DNA of 64,000 nucleotides from an uncultured bacterium (GTDB taxonomy: Bacteria > Omnitrophota > Omnitrophia > Omnitrophales > Aquincolibacteriaceae). A program made the translations under genes and the position numbers. This document shows, in pieces, positions 9,840 to 19,159 of this stretch; within the stretch, counting starts at the first letter, position 1; each line of letters opens with the position of its first letter. The stretch lies in NCBI GenBank assembly GCA_964385615.1, contig CAYLPP010000003.1, forward strand, positions 11,288 to 75,287, written 5' to 3'. Under the pieces are notes generated by a model. The model searched no databases. It was not told the DNA's origin and worked only from the letters and a program-made list of their open reading frames with translations.

Positions 9840-10506
9840 AACGCGCCCCCTGAATTCGTTTATAAATGGCTGGTAAGAAAGAAATGAGAACAAGCAACAA
9901 ACTTGCGGCAAGAAGATTCAGAAAAGCTTTCTGATTGGCTCCTTGGACGCCCTGCAAAAGAGCATCCGCAAAGTAGGTGTAAATAAAGGTGCCGGGCAGC
10001 ATGCCTAAAAAAGATCCCAAAAAATAATCCCGGTATTTTACCGAAGACAGACCCGCGCCGAAATTCAGTCCATTGAATGGAACAACCGGAATCAGACGCA
10101 GGCGAAAGATGGTCTTGAATCCGGAATTCTGAATTCCTCTATCAAAGTCCGCAAGTTTTCCATTTTTAAGCAATCCTTGAATAAAATCCCGTCCCAAATA
10201 CCGCGCTGTAAAAAAAGCGAGGCTCGCTCCGAAGTTAGCCGCAAGCACGTTATAAACCGTGCCCCAAAATACTCCGAACACTGCACCGCCCGTGAGTGTC
10301 AGCAAAGATCCCGGCAGCGCGATCACGCAACCAATGCCATAGATGAGAATGAAAACAACCGGCCCCCACCATTCCTGTCTTATCGTTTGGAAGAAGGAAA
10401 GGATACTGTCTTTGGAAACAACCTGCGCCAGAGGAGTAAATCGGAAGATGACTCCGGCCATAACGAGGACAGCCATAAAGACAGCAAATTTCAGTTTTTT
10501 ATCCAT
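9826..10506 (-). CDS. DedA/TVP38/TMEM64 family membrane protein
   Basis: SNARE-associated Golgi-protein-like TM pattern. This family is commonly paired with MerA-like flavoproteins. Confidence 0.7.
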   Translation of the reverse strand: MDKKLKFAVFMAVLVMAGVIFRFTPLAQVVSKDSILSFFQTIRQEWWGPVVFILIYGIGCVIALPGSLLTLTGGAVFGVFWGTVYNVLAANFGASLAFFTARYLGRDFIQGLLKNGKLADFDRGIQNSGFKTIFRLRLIPVVPFNGLNFGAGLSSVKYRDYFLGSFLGMLPGTFIYTYFADALLQGVQGANQKAFLNLLAASLLLVLISFLPAIYKRIQGARYGKV

Positions 10507-10807
10507 GCTCCCCCTCCGCCCTAAGAATCACCGCATAATCTTTCAAAATGTTTTTAGCCCGTTGACGGCAGGCCAGCAAATGATCCGGCTGCACCGGTCC
10601 GCCCGCTTCAATCATCGAAACCAGTTCTTGATCGCTCACATCCAGAAGCGCAACGGTTGCCAGGTATTCCCGCTCCTGTTCGGTTTTCATCTGTTTCATC
10701 AATTCTTCCGTTTGAATATTTTCCACAAACCGCATTCTGACAAGCTCAATCAGCTTTTTCATGGGAATCTGGCAATAACAGGTTGTCACCGTAATTTTCT
10801 TTCCCAT
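10499..10807 (-). CDS. small hypothetical protein (about 101 aa)
   Basis: Internal start MGKKITVTTCYCQ with an upstream GGCGGAG ribosome-binding site. The longer track ORF (to 10999) would overlap the DUF547 gene. Confidence 0.35.
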   Translation of the reverse strand: MGKKITVTTCYCQIPMKKLIELVRMRFVENIQTEELMKQMKTEQEREYLATVALLDVSDQELVSMIEAGGPVQPDHLLACRQRAKNILKDYAVILRAEGEHG

Positions 10808-10808
10808 T

Positions 10809-11603
10809 TCAGCTCCGCCTTTCATTGAGACTCCAGTCATAGCTGAGCCACTCCATTTTGGAGTTCCCGGGAATTGAACGGGCAATACTTTCGGGGACAT
10901 ACTTTTTGATGAATGGGACAATCCCTCCAGTTTGTTCAAAGTCCTTCCGGAACCATTTAAAAATCGGTGACAGATAAAGCGTGTTCTTGGACTTGTCATA
11001 TCTGAATTTTTCTGGAGTGGCTAAAAACTGCCTGACTTGATCATCCAACTGCCCGTCCAAAAGCTCCGCACGGTACGGTTCCTCCCGCAGCACAGGACAC
11101 CCAATGGAAGCACAGACCAACGCAAAGTGAATCCTCGGTTCTTTGAATTGCTTTCTCAGAATCTCGTGCTCAATCTTACCAAGACTCGTTTTTTCTCCCA
11201 GCAGCATAAAGACAGGGCGGTCCCAGACATCCGGAATTTGCTGAATGCTGTTTTCAGGAAAAGCCAGGGCTTTCCAATTCAACCCTTTCTTCAAGGGATA
11301 AAATTGGACCACCGACAGAACCGCTCCCACGTTATAAGCATTCAGCCAAAATGCGATCTTTTGCCTCTCTGTCCAGGTTTCATATTCATCTTTTGTAACT
11401 TTCCCTATTACTTGATAGGCGTCAAGCAATCCAACCTGATTCGCCTTTAGCTTCGAATAATTGACCCGTCCTCCACTCGCATATTTATTTAGAAGCTGGT
11501 CCCATAAAGAATACTGATGATCAAAACCCGACGCCCCATAGAGAAAGGTATTTTGTGTTAAAAAAAAGAATGCCATGGTGAGAATAAGGCCTTTACGAAA
11601 CAC
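10809..11603 (-). CDS. DUF547 domain protein
   Basis: IAFWLNAYN block typical of DUF547, with an N-terminal signal peptide. Confidence 0.7.
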   Translation of the reverse strand: MFRKGLILTMAFFFLTQNTFLYGASGFDHQYSLWDQLLNKYASGGRVNYSKLKANQVGLLDAYQVIGKVTKDEYETWTERQKIAFWLNAYNVGAVLSVVQFYPLKKGLNWKALAFPENSIQQIPDVWDRPVFMLLGEKTSLGKIEHEILRKQFKEPRIHFALVCASIGCPVLREEPYRAELLDGQLDDQVRQFLATPEKFRYDKSKNTLYLSPIFKWFRKDFEQTGGIVPFIKKYVPESIARSIPGNSKMEWLSYDWSLNERRS

Positions 11604-11865
11604 GGCTAACCTCCTCCAAGGCTTTGCGGAGAATATGCCCCAATTCCTCAGCTGAAGGAATTCCTACGCTAATCGTTTTATCATTGAACACAAGAGTCGG
11701 TGACATTTTGATGCCTAATGAACTCGCCCTTTGACGTTCCGCGACTATGTTGATTTCTTTGAATGACACCTGCGGGAAATGCTTCAATACGTCCAGAACA
11801 AGCCGGGTCCCGTCTTCACGAACGATGCATCCAGGATGGGTAAACAACTCAAGCATATAAGGCAT
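11593..11865 (-). CDS. thioredoxin-fold/glutaredoxin-like small protein
   Basis: 90 aa with an N-terminal HPGC redox-like motif and a thioredoxin-like length and pattern. Confidence 0.45.
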   Translation of the reverse strand: MPYMLELFTHPGCIVREDGTRLVLDVLKHFPQVSFKEINIVAERQRASSLGIKMSPTLVFNDKTISVGIPSAEELGHILRKALEEVSRVS

Positions 11866-11902
11866 TTCGCCTCCTTCTGCTATAAGTCTACGGTACCGAA
11901 GG

Positions 11903-11928
11903 GAAAAAGAGTGTCAGCTAGCTGACAC
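11903..11928 (-). terminator. rho-independent terminator after the DUF1348 gene
   Basis: Perfect 18-nt palindrome GTGTCAGCTAGCTGACAC (11911-11928). On the minus strand it is followed by TCTTTTTCC. Confidence 0.55.
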
Positions 11929-11958
11929 ATTTTGATTATATTTTGTATTCCGAAGTTC

Positions 11959-12444
11959 TCATGCCACGCATCGACGTTCAGAGGCTTGAATCCGGATGTC
12001 ATTTGCGCTCATATCACGGCGCCGCATCAACCCATCATCCCTGAATTCCCAATGTTCATTACCATGGGTTCTATACCATTGCATTTCATACTCGTCATAC
12101 CATTCGTATTCAAAGCGAACCGAAATTCGATTGTCCGTAAAACACCAAAGTTCCTTTTTAAGCCGATAGTGTTTTTCTTTGTCCCACTTTCGGATCAAAA
12201 ATTTTTTTATTTTATCTCTCCCGGTGAAAAACTCATTCCGGTTGCGCCATTCAGAGTCTTCCGTGTATCCTAGGACAACAATATCCGGACTCCTCGTATT
12301 CCATGCATTTTCAGCAGCTTGCACTTTTGCTCTTGCGGTCTCATAAGAAAAGGGTGGCCTGATGTCAGTCGGTTTAATCGCATCGTAATGGGTCACTTCT
12401 GCCTCCTTCCAGTTGTTGGAGCGCTGGGGCGTATCGTCTAGCAC
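11959..12444 (-). CDS. DUF1348 family protein (NTF2-like)
   Basis: WNTRSPD..VVLGYTEDSEWRNRNEF..GRDKI..FL..KW block pattern characteristic of DUF1348. Confidence 0.65.
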   Translation of the reverse strand: MLDDTPQRSNNWKEAEVTHYDAIKPTDIRPPFSYETARAKVQAAENAWNTRSPDIVVLGYTEDSEWRNRNEFFTGRDKIKKFLIRKWDKEKHYRLKKELWCFTDNRISVRFEYEWYDEYEMQWYRTHGNEHWEFRDDGLMRRRDMSANDIRIQASERRCVA

Positions 12445-12463
12445 AACGACACGCCCCAGCCTT

Positions 12464-13516
12464 TTAGGCTACGTTTTTCCGCATGAATCCCCGGATTTTT
12501 TCAGAAATAAAATCGCCATCTTCTTCTAATGCGAAATGCCCGGTATCAAGCAGATAGAATTCGACATTTTTTAAATCCTTTTTGTATGGATGCGCACCCT
12601 CTGCCGGGAAAATGTGGTCATTCTTTCCCCACACAATCAACGCGGGCGGCTGATATTTGCGGAACTTGGCCTGCCATTCCGGATAGAGAGGTACATTGGT
12701 TCGGTAGTCATAAAACATTGCAAGTTGAATTTCGTTGTTTTCGGGGCGGGTTAAATGCTGTAAGTCAATGTACCAGTTGTCCGGGCTGATTTTTGAGGCA
12801 TCTCGGACTCCATGCGTATATTGCCACTTTAAACCATCCGGCGCATGAAAACCCTCCAATGCCTTTCCATTCTCAGCCGTCCTTTCACTCCAATACTTCT
12901 TTAAAGGAATCCAAAAATCACGGAGACCTTCCTCGTAGGCATTTCCGTTTTGAATAATCAACGCCTCAACTTTTTTGGGATTCTTCGAAAAAATCCGAAA
13001 CCCTACCGGCGCCCCATAATCCATCACATAGATACTGAATTTTTCAATACCTAATTTATCAAGAAATCCGTCTACAAGATTGGCCATATTGTCAAAGGTG
13101 TATTCGAAATCTGCCATGGGCGGCTGTTCACTTCTCCCATATCCTGGATAATCAGGCGCGATGAGATGAAATTCATCGGATAAATCTTTAATTAGATCTC
13201 GAAACATATGCGAAGAAGTCGGATATCCATGCAACAAAAGGATTGTAGGTGCACCTTTCGGCCCTGCTTCGCGGTAAAAAATCTCCACACCGTTAACTTC
13301 AACTGTCTTGTAGCGCACCTGACTTACAGATGCAGCCGTATCGCCAACAACCACCTCCGCATCACTCCCGGCAACGACTTTGGCACTTTGACCAGAAGGT
13401 GCTGTTGCCGCAGGCGCCGCCCAAACAGGCAACGCGCAAGTCATCGCGATCAGCAGCCCCCACATGGCTCCTATCAATTTTTTGTCTTTTAGTAAATTCC
13501 CTTTTTTATTTTTCAT
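12464..13516 (-). CDS. secreted alpha/beta hydrolase (epoxide hydrolase/haloalkane dehalogenase-like)
   Basis: Signal peptide, HGYPTSSHMF oxyanion region and an alpha/beta-hydrolase length. Confidence 0.7.
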   Translation of the reverse strand: MKNKKGNLLKDKKLIGAMWGLLIAMTCALPVWAAPAATAPSGQSAKVVAGSDAEVVVGDTAASVSQVRYKTVEVNGVEIFYREAGPKGAPTILLLHGYPTSSHMFRDLIKDLSDEFHLIAPDYPGYGRSEQPPMADFEYTFDNMANLVDGFLDKLGIEKFSIYVMDYGAPVGFRIFSKNPKKVEALIIQNGNAYEEGLRDFWIPLKKYWSERTAENGKALEGFHAPDGLKWQYTHGVRDASKISPDNWYIDLQHLTRPENNEIQLAMFYDYRTNVPLYPEWQAKFRKYQPPALIVWGKNDHIFPAEGAHPYKKDLKNVEFYLLDTGHFALEEDGDFISEKIRGFMRKNVA

Positions 13517-13536
13517 CGCATTTTTCTCCTTTGTTG

Positions 13537-13558
13537 TATACAGACAAGTTTGTCCTAC
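13537..13558. promoter_or_regulatory. putative TetR operator, site A (upstream of the hydrolase gene)
   Basis: TATACAGACAAGTTTGTCCTAC with inverted arms GACAA/TTGTC. It is 20/22 identical to site B at 14201. Confidence 0.45.
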
Positions 13559-13579
13559 TCGTAGGCAAAAAAAAGGACC

Positions 13580-14185
13580 CTACTTCCCACCGTCCAAAAT
13601 TTCTTTGACAGTCTTTCGGACTGCCTCTATTGGCCAGATTTCATTAAAATTCTGACTCGAAACAATCGCCCCTTCAAACATCACATAAATCGCCTGGGCC
13701 ACCTCCTTCACTTTCAGTTTTTTGTGCTTATTACTGGTTTCATGGAGCTCCTTCACCATTTCTTCAATTTCTGCCTGCAAAGCCTTTTTGTGCTGACGAA
13801 CCTCTTCTCGAATTCTGCTTTTTGAATCCGGGACCTCTGAAGCTATGTTCAAAAAGGCACATCCGCGGAAATCACAGCTCTTCATCCACTCAAGCAGATA
13901 ATCAAAAAGCCCCAAAATGCGGCTCTCCGGATTCTTGATTGATTTTATCTTCTCTCTGAGCCATCCCATCCAGGCATCGTGACGCTGCCTTAAATATTCC
14001 ACACAAAGCGATTCTTTTGACGGGAAGTAGTAATAAAACGTGTTTTTTGCAACATTCGATTCGGCAATCACCTGATTAATTCCTGTGGCAAGATAGCCTT
14101 GTGCATAAAACAACCTTTTGGCCGTCTCAATGATACGCTGCCTAGCTTCACTGGCTTCTTTTAACCGCGGAGTCTTTGTGTTCAT
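13580..14185 (-). CDS. TetR/AcrR family transcriptional regulator
   Basis: TetR helix-turn-helix near the N-terminus (RIIETAKRLFYAQGYLATGINQVIAESNVAKNTFYYYFPSKESL). The start is MNTKTPRL at 14185. Confidence 0.7.
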   Translation of the reverse strand: MNTKTPRLKEASEARQRIIETAKRLFYAQGYLATGINQVIAESNVAKNTFYYYFPSKESLCVEYLRQRHDAWMGWLREKIKSIKNPESRILGLFDYLLEWMKSCDFRGCAFLNIASEVPDSKSRIREEVRQHKKALQAEIEEMVKELHETSNKHKKLKVKEVAQAIYVMFEGAIVSSQNFNEIWPIEAVRKTVKEILDGGK

Positions 14186-14200
14186 GTGAAAATCGTAATC

Positions 14201-14222
14201 TATACAAACAAGTTTGTCTATA
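14201..14222. promoter_or_regulatory. putative TetR operator, site B (own promoter)
   Basis: TATACAAACAAGTTTGTCTATA, 16 bp upstream of the tetR start, with ACAAAC/GTTTGT inverted arms. Confidence 0.45.
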
Positions 14223-14271
14223 TCTATTTTTTCTAAAACCAGCTCAGTTGGGTCGGGCGCTGTTAAGTCAA

Positions 14272-14970
14272 TCAAACGGAAAGGGATTGAATAGCTTTAA
14301 GGTCTTTGACCGTTATTGATTTACCGGTAAATTCGATAAGGTTTTTGGCACGAAAATCACTGAGAGCCTCGGTGAGCGTAGGCCGGGCTGACCCAATCAA
14401 ATTAGCCAAATCCTGATGAGTCAGCGGAAGGTTAATCTTAATAGCAGAGCCAACCGGCTCTCCAAATTCATGGGTGAGTTCGATAAGAAGCCCTGCAAGG
14501 CGCTGAGGGATGGATCGAAAAATCAGATTTTCTAAGCGATTTTCAATGACTTTGCGCCTGAATCCGATCAGCTTACTGAGCTGGATTCCAAGCTTGGGCT
14601 TCATTTCCATCATCTGCATTAAATTTTCACGGCGAAGGACACATATGAGCAGATCGCTATGCGCTTCGGCTTGCGTATCACGAGTTGTCTCTCCCATGAC
14701 TTCCAGCTCACCAAAAATCTCGCCTGGCTTTAAAAATGCGAGCGTCAACTCCCGGCCATCAGGGGTCACTTTGGAAATCTTCACGACGCCTTTTTTAAGC
14801 AGATAAATGCTTTTCCCTGGCTCGCCCGGAAGATAAATGGTTTCCTTCTTGCGAAAGGATTTTTCAACTACCATCTTGGCCATCTGTTCCATGTCTTCCT
14901 TAGACATCCACTTGAACAGATTGACCTGCTTGAGATACCAGATTTTTGCCGTGGCTGATGTGGTTGTCAT
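14272..14970 (-). CDS. Crp/Fnr family transcriptional regulator
   Basis: cNMP-binding beta-roll (GEIFGELE) plus a C-terminal HTH (THQDLANLIGSARPTLTEAL). Confidence 0.8.
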   Translation of the reverse strand: MTTTSATAKIWYLKQVNLFKWMSKEDMEQMAKMVVEKSFRKKETIYLPGEPGKSIYLLKKGVVKISKVTPDGRELTLAFLKPGEIFGELEVMGETTRDTQAEAHSDLLICVLRRENLMQMMEMKPKLGIQLSKLIGFRRKVIENRLENLIFRSIPQRLAGLLIELTHEFGEPVGSAIKINLPLTHQDLANLIGSARPTLTEALSDFRAKNLIEFTGKSITVKDLKAIQSLSV

Positions 14971-15148
14971 AGGTGATAAAGATTATAGGTCAAACCCGCT
15001 TATTCTAAAACCTCTTATTTTTCGATATTTAGAGTTTTCAGGGTAGAGTCTAGTGGCCCCGGCACTAATCCGGTTTTTTTCAGAGCCACTATACTCCCTC
15101 CTATCTACGAGAGACTGCAGGTAGAATATATATCGAATTTTGATTAAT

Positions 15149-15577
15149 TTACTCTAGGTGTTTTGTAATTAAGGCGCTCATGTCCTTAAACCCCTGATCA
15201 GCCGTAAACTTCTCCTGAACTTTTTGCTGACTGTCTAGCAAAAGAATAAATCCTGTCCCCTGGTTTTCCTCGATAATCGGCGATATTCCGAGCGCGGCTC
15301 CCAAAAGTTGGGACTGATGGCGCGTCGTCGAATTCGTGAAATCCATCTGAACAAAAAGTACCGGCTTCTGATCAAACTTGTTACGAAGATCTTCAAAGAC
15401 AGGCCCCATCTTCTTACAACTCCCGCACCAATCCGCGTGAAATTTAACGGCAATTAACTTGGGGGTTGAAGCTTCATTCGCAGCAAAAGAAGCTACTGAG
15501 AATAGACCAGCCGCTGTTAAAAAAAGCAGTGAAAAGAGAAAGAACGTTTTTGGAAAAAAGCTGTTTTTCTTAATCAT
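15149..15577 (-). CDS. secreted thioredoxin-family protein
   Basis: WCGSC active site after a signal peptide. The start is MIKKNSFF. Confidence 0.7.
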   Translation of the reverse strand: MIKKNSFFPKTFFLFSLLFLTAAGLFSVASFAANEASTPKLIAVKFHADWCGSCKKMGPVFEDLRNKFDQKPVLFVQMDFTNSTTRHQSQLLGAALGISPIIEENQGTGFILLLDSQQKVQEKFTADQGFKDMSALITKHLE

Positions 15578-15668
15578 TTTGTTATCTCCTGTATTTTTTT
15601 GGTTGTACATAATTAAATTACTAAAGTGTTTTTACAGCCTCCTTTCCGCAAATTGCTTTTCTAAAAAA

Positions 15669-17870
15669 TCATTCTTTACGAAGCAGTTTCTGAAGCGTTT
15701 CAATGTCTTTCGCTGGAAAATCGCAGACATAATCCTTGCACACATAGGCAGTCGGTTTGCCGTCGATCATATTCTGCCTTTCAATAAAAGGCGACAAAGC
15801 TTCGATTTTTTTAGCTTCTTTCGGCTCCGTTGGATGCAATGCGGTTACTTTATTAGGGATGAATTTCTCATAAACTGTTTGAATCATGGCCCGCACTCCT
15901 GAATCATTTCTATCGCCCGCGATCACAATCTCGCGGGAAGGCCCGATGGCAAAATCAAGAGCGATTAACATTTGAGGATACCCGGCCGGAAATTTATCAA
16001 GGTCAGCGGAAAAGGCATCCAATGTTGTCCGGGCCCGGTCCTCTATCTGCCGATCCATCGTCAAACGCCCGACACGAAGCAGGGACAATGTCGCTACGGA
16101 ATTACCTGACGGAATAGCACCGTCATAGAGCTCTTTGCTTCTAGCGATCAACTTCTCAGCGTCCTTGCCCGTTAAGAAGAACCCCCCACCGGCTTCATCC
16201 CAAAATAAACGAGACATGTCCTTAAGAAAGAATTGGGCTTCCTCTAAGTACCGAGGTTCAAAAGTAGCTTCATAGAGATCGATAAGACCATGTGTGAAAA
16301 AGGCATAATCTTCGATAAACCCAGGGATCGCAACCTCGCCATCGCGGTAGCGATGCATCAGGCGGCCATCTTTCCGTTTCATTTTCTCAAGCAGGAAATT
16401 GGCTGCCTTTTGCGCGGCATCAGCGTAGCGGGGTTCGTTTAAAACCCGCGAACCAAAGGCAAGACTTGAAATCATAAGCCCGTTCCAATCGGTTAGGACT
16501 TTATCATCAAGATGAGGCCGCAATCTTTTAGACCGGAGATCAAAAAGAATTTGTTTGGATTCATTTAAAACAACTTCTAGTTCAGAAGGAGTTTTCTCAA
16601 ACCGTTGCGAAGTCTCCTCCTGAGAACGCTCCAGGTACAAAATGTTTCTGCCTTTAAATTCTCCATGGGGGTCTTGCAGTACATTTCCATTGGGCCCGAC
16701 ATTAAAATAAAAATTAAAAATAGCCGCCTTTTCCTTACCAAGAGCTTCGACGATTTCAGCATGAGACCAAATATAAAACGCCCCCTCGGATTTCTTTTTT
16801 GGCTGCGCTGGATCAGAGGCGCTGTCCGCATCCTCGGCAGAATAAAAAGCACCGCTCGGCCCTGTCATATCCCGCAGAACATACTCAAATATCTCACGCG
16901 CAATCCGGGCATACTCTTCTTTGCCAGTCGCTTGGTAGGCTTCGAGGTAGGTCTTGGAAAGAATGGCCTGGTCGTAAAGCATTTTTTCAAAATGAGGGAC
17001 GCGCCATAATTGATCGGTAGAATAGCGGTGAAACCCTCCGCCCAAGTGGTCGTACATGCCGCCCTTGGCCATTTCCTGAAGCGTTTTCTCAACCATTTCC
17101 AGCGCCTGCATATTTCCCGTCCGCTTCCAGTAGCGTAAAAGAAAAGATATCGTATGGCTCCGTGGGAATTTGGGCGCACGGCTGAAACCACCCATTCGCG
17201 AATCAAACTGCGAGCGAAGCTGCTGATAGGCTTTCTCAAGCGTTTTTTCGTCCAGAGCATGACTCATCGCCGCCCTGGCCTGAGCATCTGCACGAACGGC
17301 CTGCGTAATCGATTCACTGGATTCAAGAATTTCTTTTCTTTCGCTTTTCCACTTTTGCGCGATCGTCTGAAGAATGCTTGTAAATCCAGGCCTTCCCCAC
17401 CTATCTTCGGGCGGAAAATAAGTCCCGCCGAAAAAAGGCTTGCGGTCAGGCGTAAGGATAACCGTCATCGGCCATCCCCCTGAGCCAGTCATTGCCGTCA
17501 CCACTTGCATATAAATAGTATCAACATCGGGCCGCTCTTCCCGATCGACTTTGATAGAAACGAAATTATCATTCATAATCTTGGCAATTTCTGGCTTGGC
17601 AAATGATTCCTCTTCCATGACATGACACCAGTGACAGGTGGAGTAGCCAACCGAAAGGAGGATGGGTTTGTCCTCTTCTTTTGCTTTCCGAAAGGCTTCC
17701 TCTCCCCATGGGTACCAGTCCACTGGGTTATGCGCATGCTGCAAGAGATACGGACTTTTTTCATGAACAAGCCGGTTGGTATAGGTTTCTGAATCCGTCG
17801 CTGCGATTCCGTGACCCGCGAAAAATGCAAACAACAAAGCAGAAATTAATGCAATCGCCTTAAAGCGCAT
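15669..17870 (-). CDS. thioredoxin domain-containing protein, YyaL/DUF255 family
   Basis: [17 protein letters not shown]-terminal block of DUF255 plus a C-terminal six-hairpin glycosidase-like region. There is a signal peptide from M at 17870. Confidence 0.75.
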   Translation of the reverse strand: MRFKAIALISALLFAFFAGHGIAATDSETYTNRLVHEKSPYLLQHAHNPVDWYPWGEEAFRKAKEEDKPILLSVGYSTCHWCHVMEEESFAKPEIAKIMNDNFVSIKVDREERPDVDTIYMQVVTAMTGSGGWPMTVILTPDRKPFFGGTYFPPEDRWGRPGFTSILQTIAQKWKSERKEILESSESITQAVRADAQARAAMSHALDEKTLEKAYQQLRSQFDSRMGGFSRAPKFPRSHTISFLLRYWKRTGNMQALEMVEKTLQEMAKGGMYDHLGGGFHRYSTDQLWRVPHFEKMLYDQAILSKTYLEAYQATGKEEYARIAREIFEYVLRDMTGPSGAFYSAEDADSASDPAQPKKKSEGAFYIWSHAEIVEALGKEKAAIFNFYFNVGPNGNVLQDPHGEFKGRNILYLERSQEETSQRFEKTPSELEVVLNESKQILFDLRSKRLRPHLDDKVLTDWNGLMISSLAFGSRVLNEPRYADAAQKAANFLLEKMKRKDGRLMHRYRDGEVAIPGFIEDYAFFTHGLIDLYEATFEPRYLEEAQFFLKDMSRLFWDEAGGGFFLTGKDAEKLIARSKELYDGAIPSGNSVATLSLLRVGRLTMDRQIEDRARTTLDAFSADLDKFPAGYPQMLIALDFAIGPSREIVIAGDRNDSGVRAMIQTVYEKFIPNKVTALHPTEPKEAKKIEALSPFIERQNMIDGKPTAYVCKDYVCDFPAKDIETLQKLLRKE

Positions 17871-18087
17871 ACTGTACCCTTGCGACAATTTGATTGTCTG
17901 TGATTCCATCATTTCAGGATTTTCAACGGTAAGAAACACCAATGGGACACTCCAGAAAAACTCTTCGAGTTTCATAACAAACTCCAATCACAGTCACAGT
18001 TTTTTTGAATCATAAAAGAGAGCTAAAACAGAAAAGCGGCGAGACGGATTATGCCCTTGGCAAAATCCCTTCGCGCTGAAGGAAAGT

Positions 18088-18477
18088 CTAAATGCGGAGG
18101 TTACAGTTTAACTGGAAAAGCGGGAGAGCTAGAGGCGGACCATCCGAAGGCGGTGATAAACCGCTTCGCCTGAAAGAATCAGCCCTAAATGAGAAAAGGG
18201 GTTGCACAAAGATCGGAACGTCAACAATGCGGCCCGCTGGGGGCTGAGGAATTCTAAATGAGGACAAGAAGTCATACGCATCTTTCAGGGAAGCGCATGG
18301 GTGATGCACCTTTTTAATCCGATGCTCGTCCGGGGCTAGGCTCCCTTGGAACAAAAGCTTATCAGGATCAGGCCGGCAATAATCCCATGCCGTCGTAAGT
18401 AGGATAAAAGCAAAAACACCTACAACTCCACAAGCGATGAACTTTTTAGTCATACGATATTGTAATCCTGTCGTCAA
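18088..18477 (-). CDS. hypothetical ORF (doubtful)
   Basis: ORF-track entry with no recognisable motifs. The region may be non-coding (see the finding at 18000-18530). Confidence 0.15.
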   Translation of the reverse strand: MTTGLQYRMTKKFIACGVVGVFAFILLTTAWDYCRPDPDKLLFQGSLAPDEHRIKKVHHPCASLKDAYDFLSSFRIPQPPAGRIVDVPIFVQPLFSFRADSFRRSGLSPPSDGPPLALPLFQLNCNLRI

Positions 18478-18529
18478 AAATCTCCAATCATTTAATTCCT
18501 CATATGTCCGTAAAAAATAAGCAGCCTCT

Positions 18530-19072
18530 CTAGGAACGCACTACATGTGGCCCAACTTCTTTTGGATCATTTGGGTCGTTAATCCGGACTAACTTGCTAT
18601 TCTCATCGAGCATTGTTCGGAATAGAGCTAACTGTCTGGGTTCATCGCCCAAACGGACAACTTCTAATAGACGCCGCAAATGGAAATGCTTTACGATTTC
18701 TACTTCCTGGCTTTCTTTGAGAAAGCTTTGAATAGACTCGGGCAATTCTAACGTCTTTAGGACACGGGCTATATACGACCAGTCTTCACCTGTTATTTCA
18801 GATAATCCCCTGACACTCTTAACACCAGCGGACTGCTGGAGATTGCGGTAAAATTCAGCTTTTTTGAGGGGGAAATTTTCAAGTCGCTTGAGATAGGTCT
18901 GATGTTTTTCCCAGACTCTTTGATTAACAGCTTCCACCGACTCAAGATCTTTGGGGCGTTCCCCGAAAACAAACTGTTGCCGCCGATGTTGGTATTTGCT
19001 ATAAAAAGGCTGTGAGTATTGGAAGATACGCGACTCAAACTGTTGCGTCGCGGGGATCTTCGATGGCCCCAT
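18530..19072 (-). CDS. ParB-like HTH domain protein, copy A of a multi-copy family (3' part of the 506-aa ORF)
   Basis: It shares the WEKHQTYLKRLENFPLKKA and GVKSVRGLSEITGEDWSYIARVLKTLELPESIQSFL blocks with the ORFs at 40120-40815 and 58635-59168. A candidate internal start GGGGAACAAATGGGGCC (ATG at 19072) lies inside the proximal tandem repeat. Confidence 0.55.
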   Translation of the reverse strand: MGPSKIPATQQFESRIFQYSQPFYSKYQHRRQQFVFGERPKDLESVEAVNQRVWEKHQTYLKRLENFPLKKAEFYRNLQQSAGVKSVRGLSEITGEDWSYIARVLKTLELPESIQSFLKESQEVEIVKHFHLRRLLEVVRLGDEPRQLALFRTMLDENSKLVRINDPNDPKEVGPHVVRS

Positions 19073-19156
19073 TTGTTCCCCAGCTGCGAAACTGTGGGAT
19101 TTAAATTGTTGCGTAACAGGGAACTTCGCTGACCCCAATTGTTCCTCTGCTGCGAA
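19037..19156. repeat. two tandem 66-bp repeats upstream/inside copy A
   Basis: Units 19037-19090 and 19103-19156 (...TTGTTGCG..GGGAAC..CCCCA(A/T)TTGTTCC..CTGCGAA). They encode the peptide repeats AAEEQLGSAKFPVTQQFKSHSF and AAGEQMGPSKIPATQQFESRIF. Confidence 0.8.
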
Positions 19157-19159
19157 TCC

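Noticed and set aside
11911-11928. 18-nt perfect palindrome as a transcription-factor operator
   Set aside because: It is immediately followed on the minus strand by a T-run and lies 33 bp past the DUF1348 stop codon. This is more consistent with an intrinsic terminator.
14837-15046. Plus-strand ORF of 69 aa and a CCGG-N7-CCGG + T7 hairpin at about 15075-15100
   Set aside because: The ORF has no ribosome-binding site or motifs. The 4-bp stem is too weak to call a terminator with confidence.
19037-19156. CRISPR array hypothesis for the 66-bp direct repeats (also 40621-40735)
   Set aside because: Only two units per locus, no spacer/repeat regularity, and the repeats are translated and contain a start codon. 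This is not a CRISPR.
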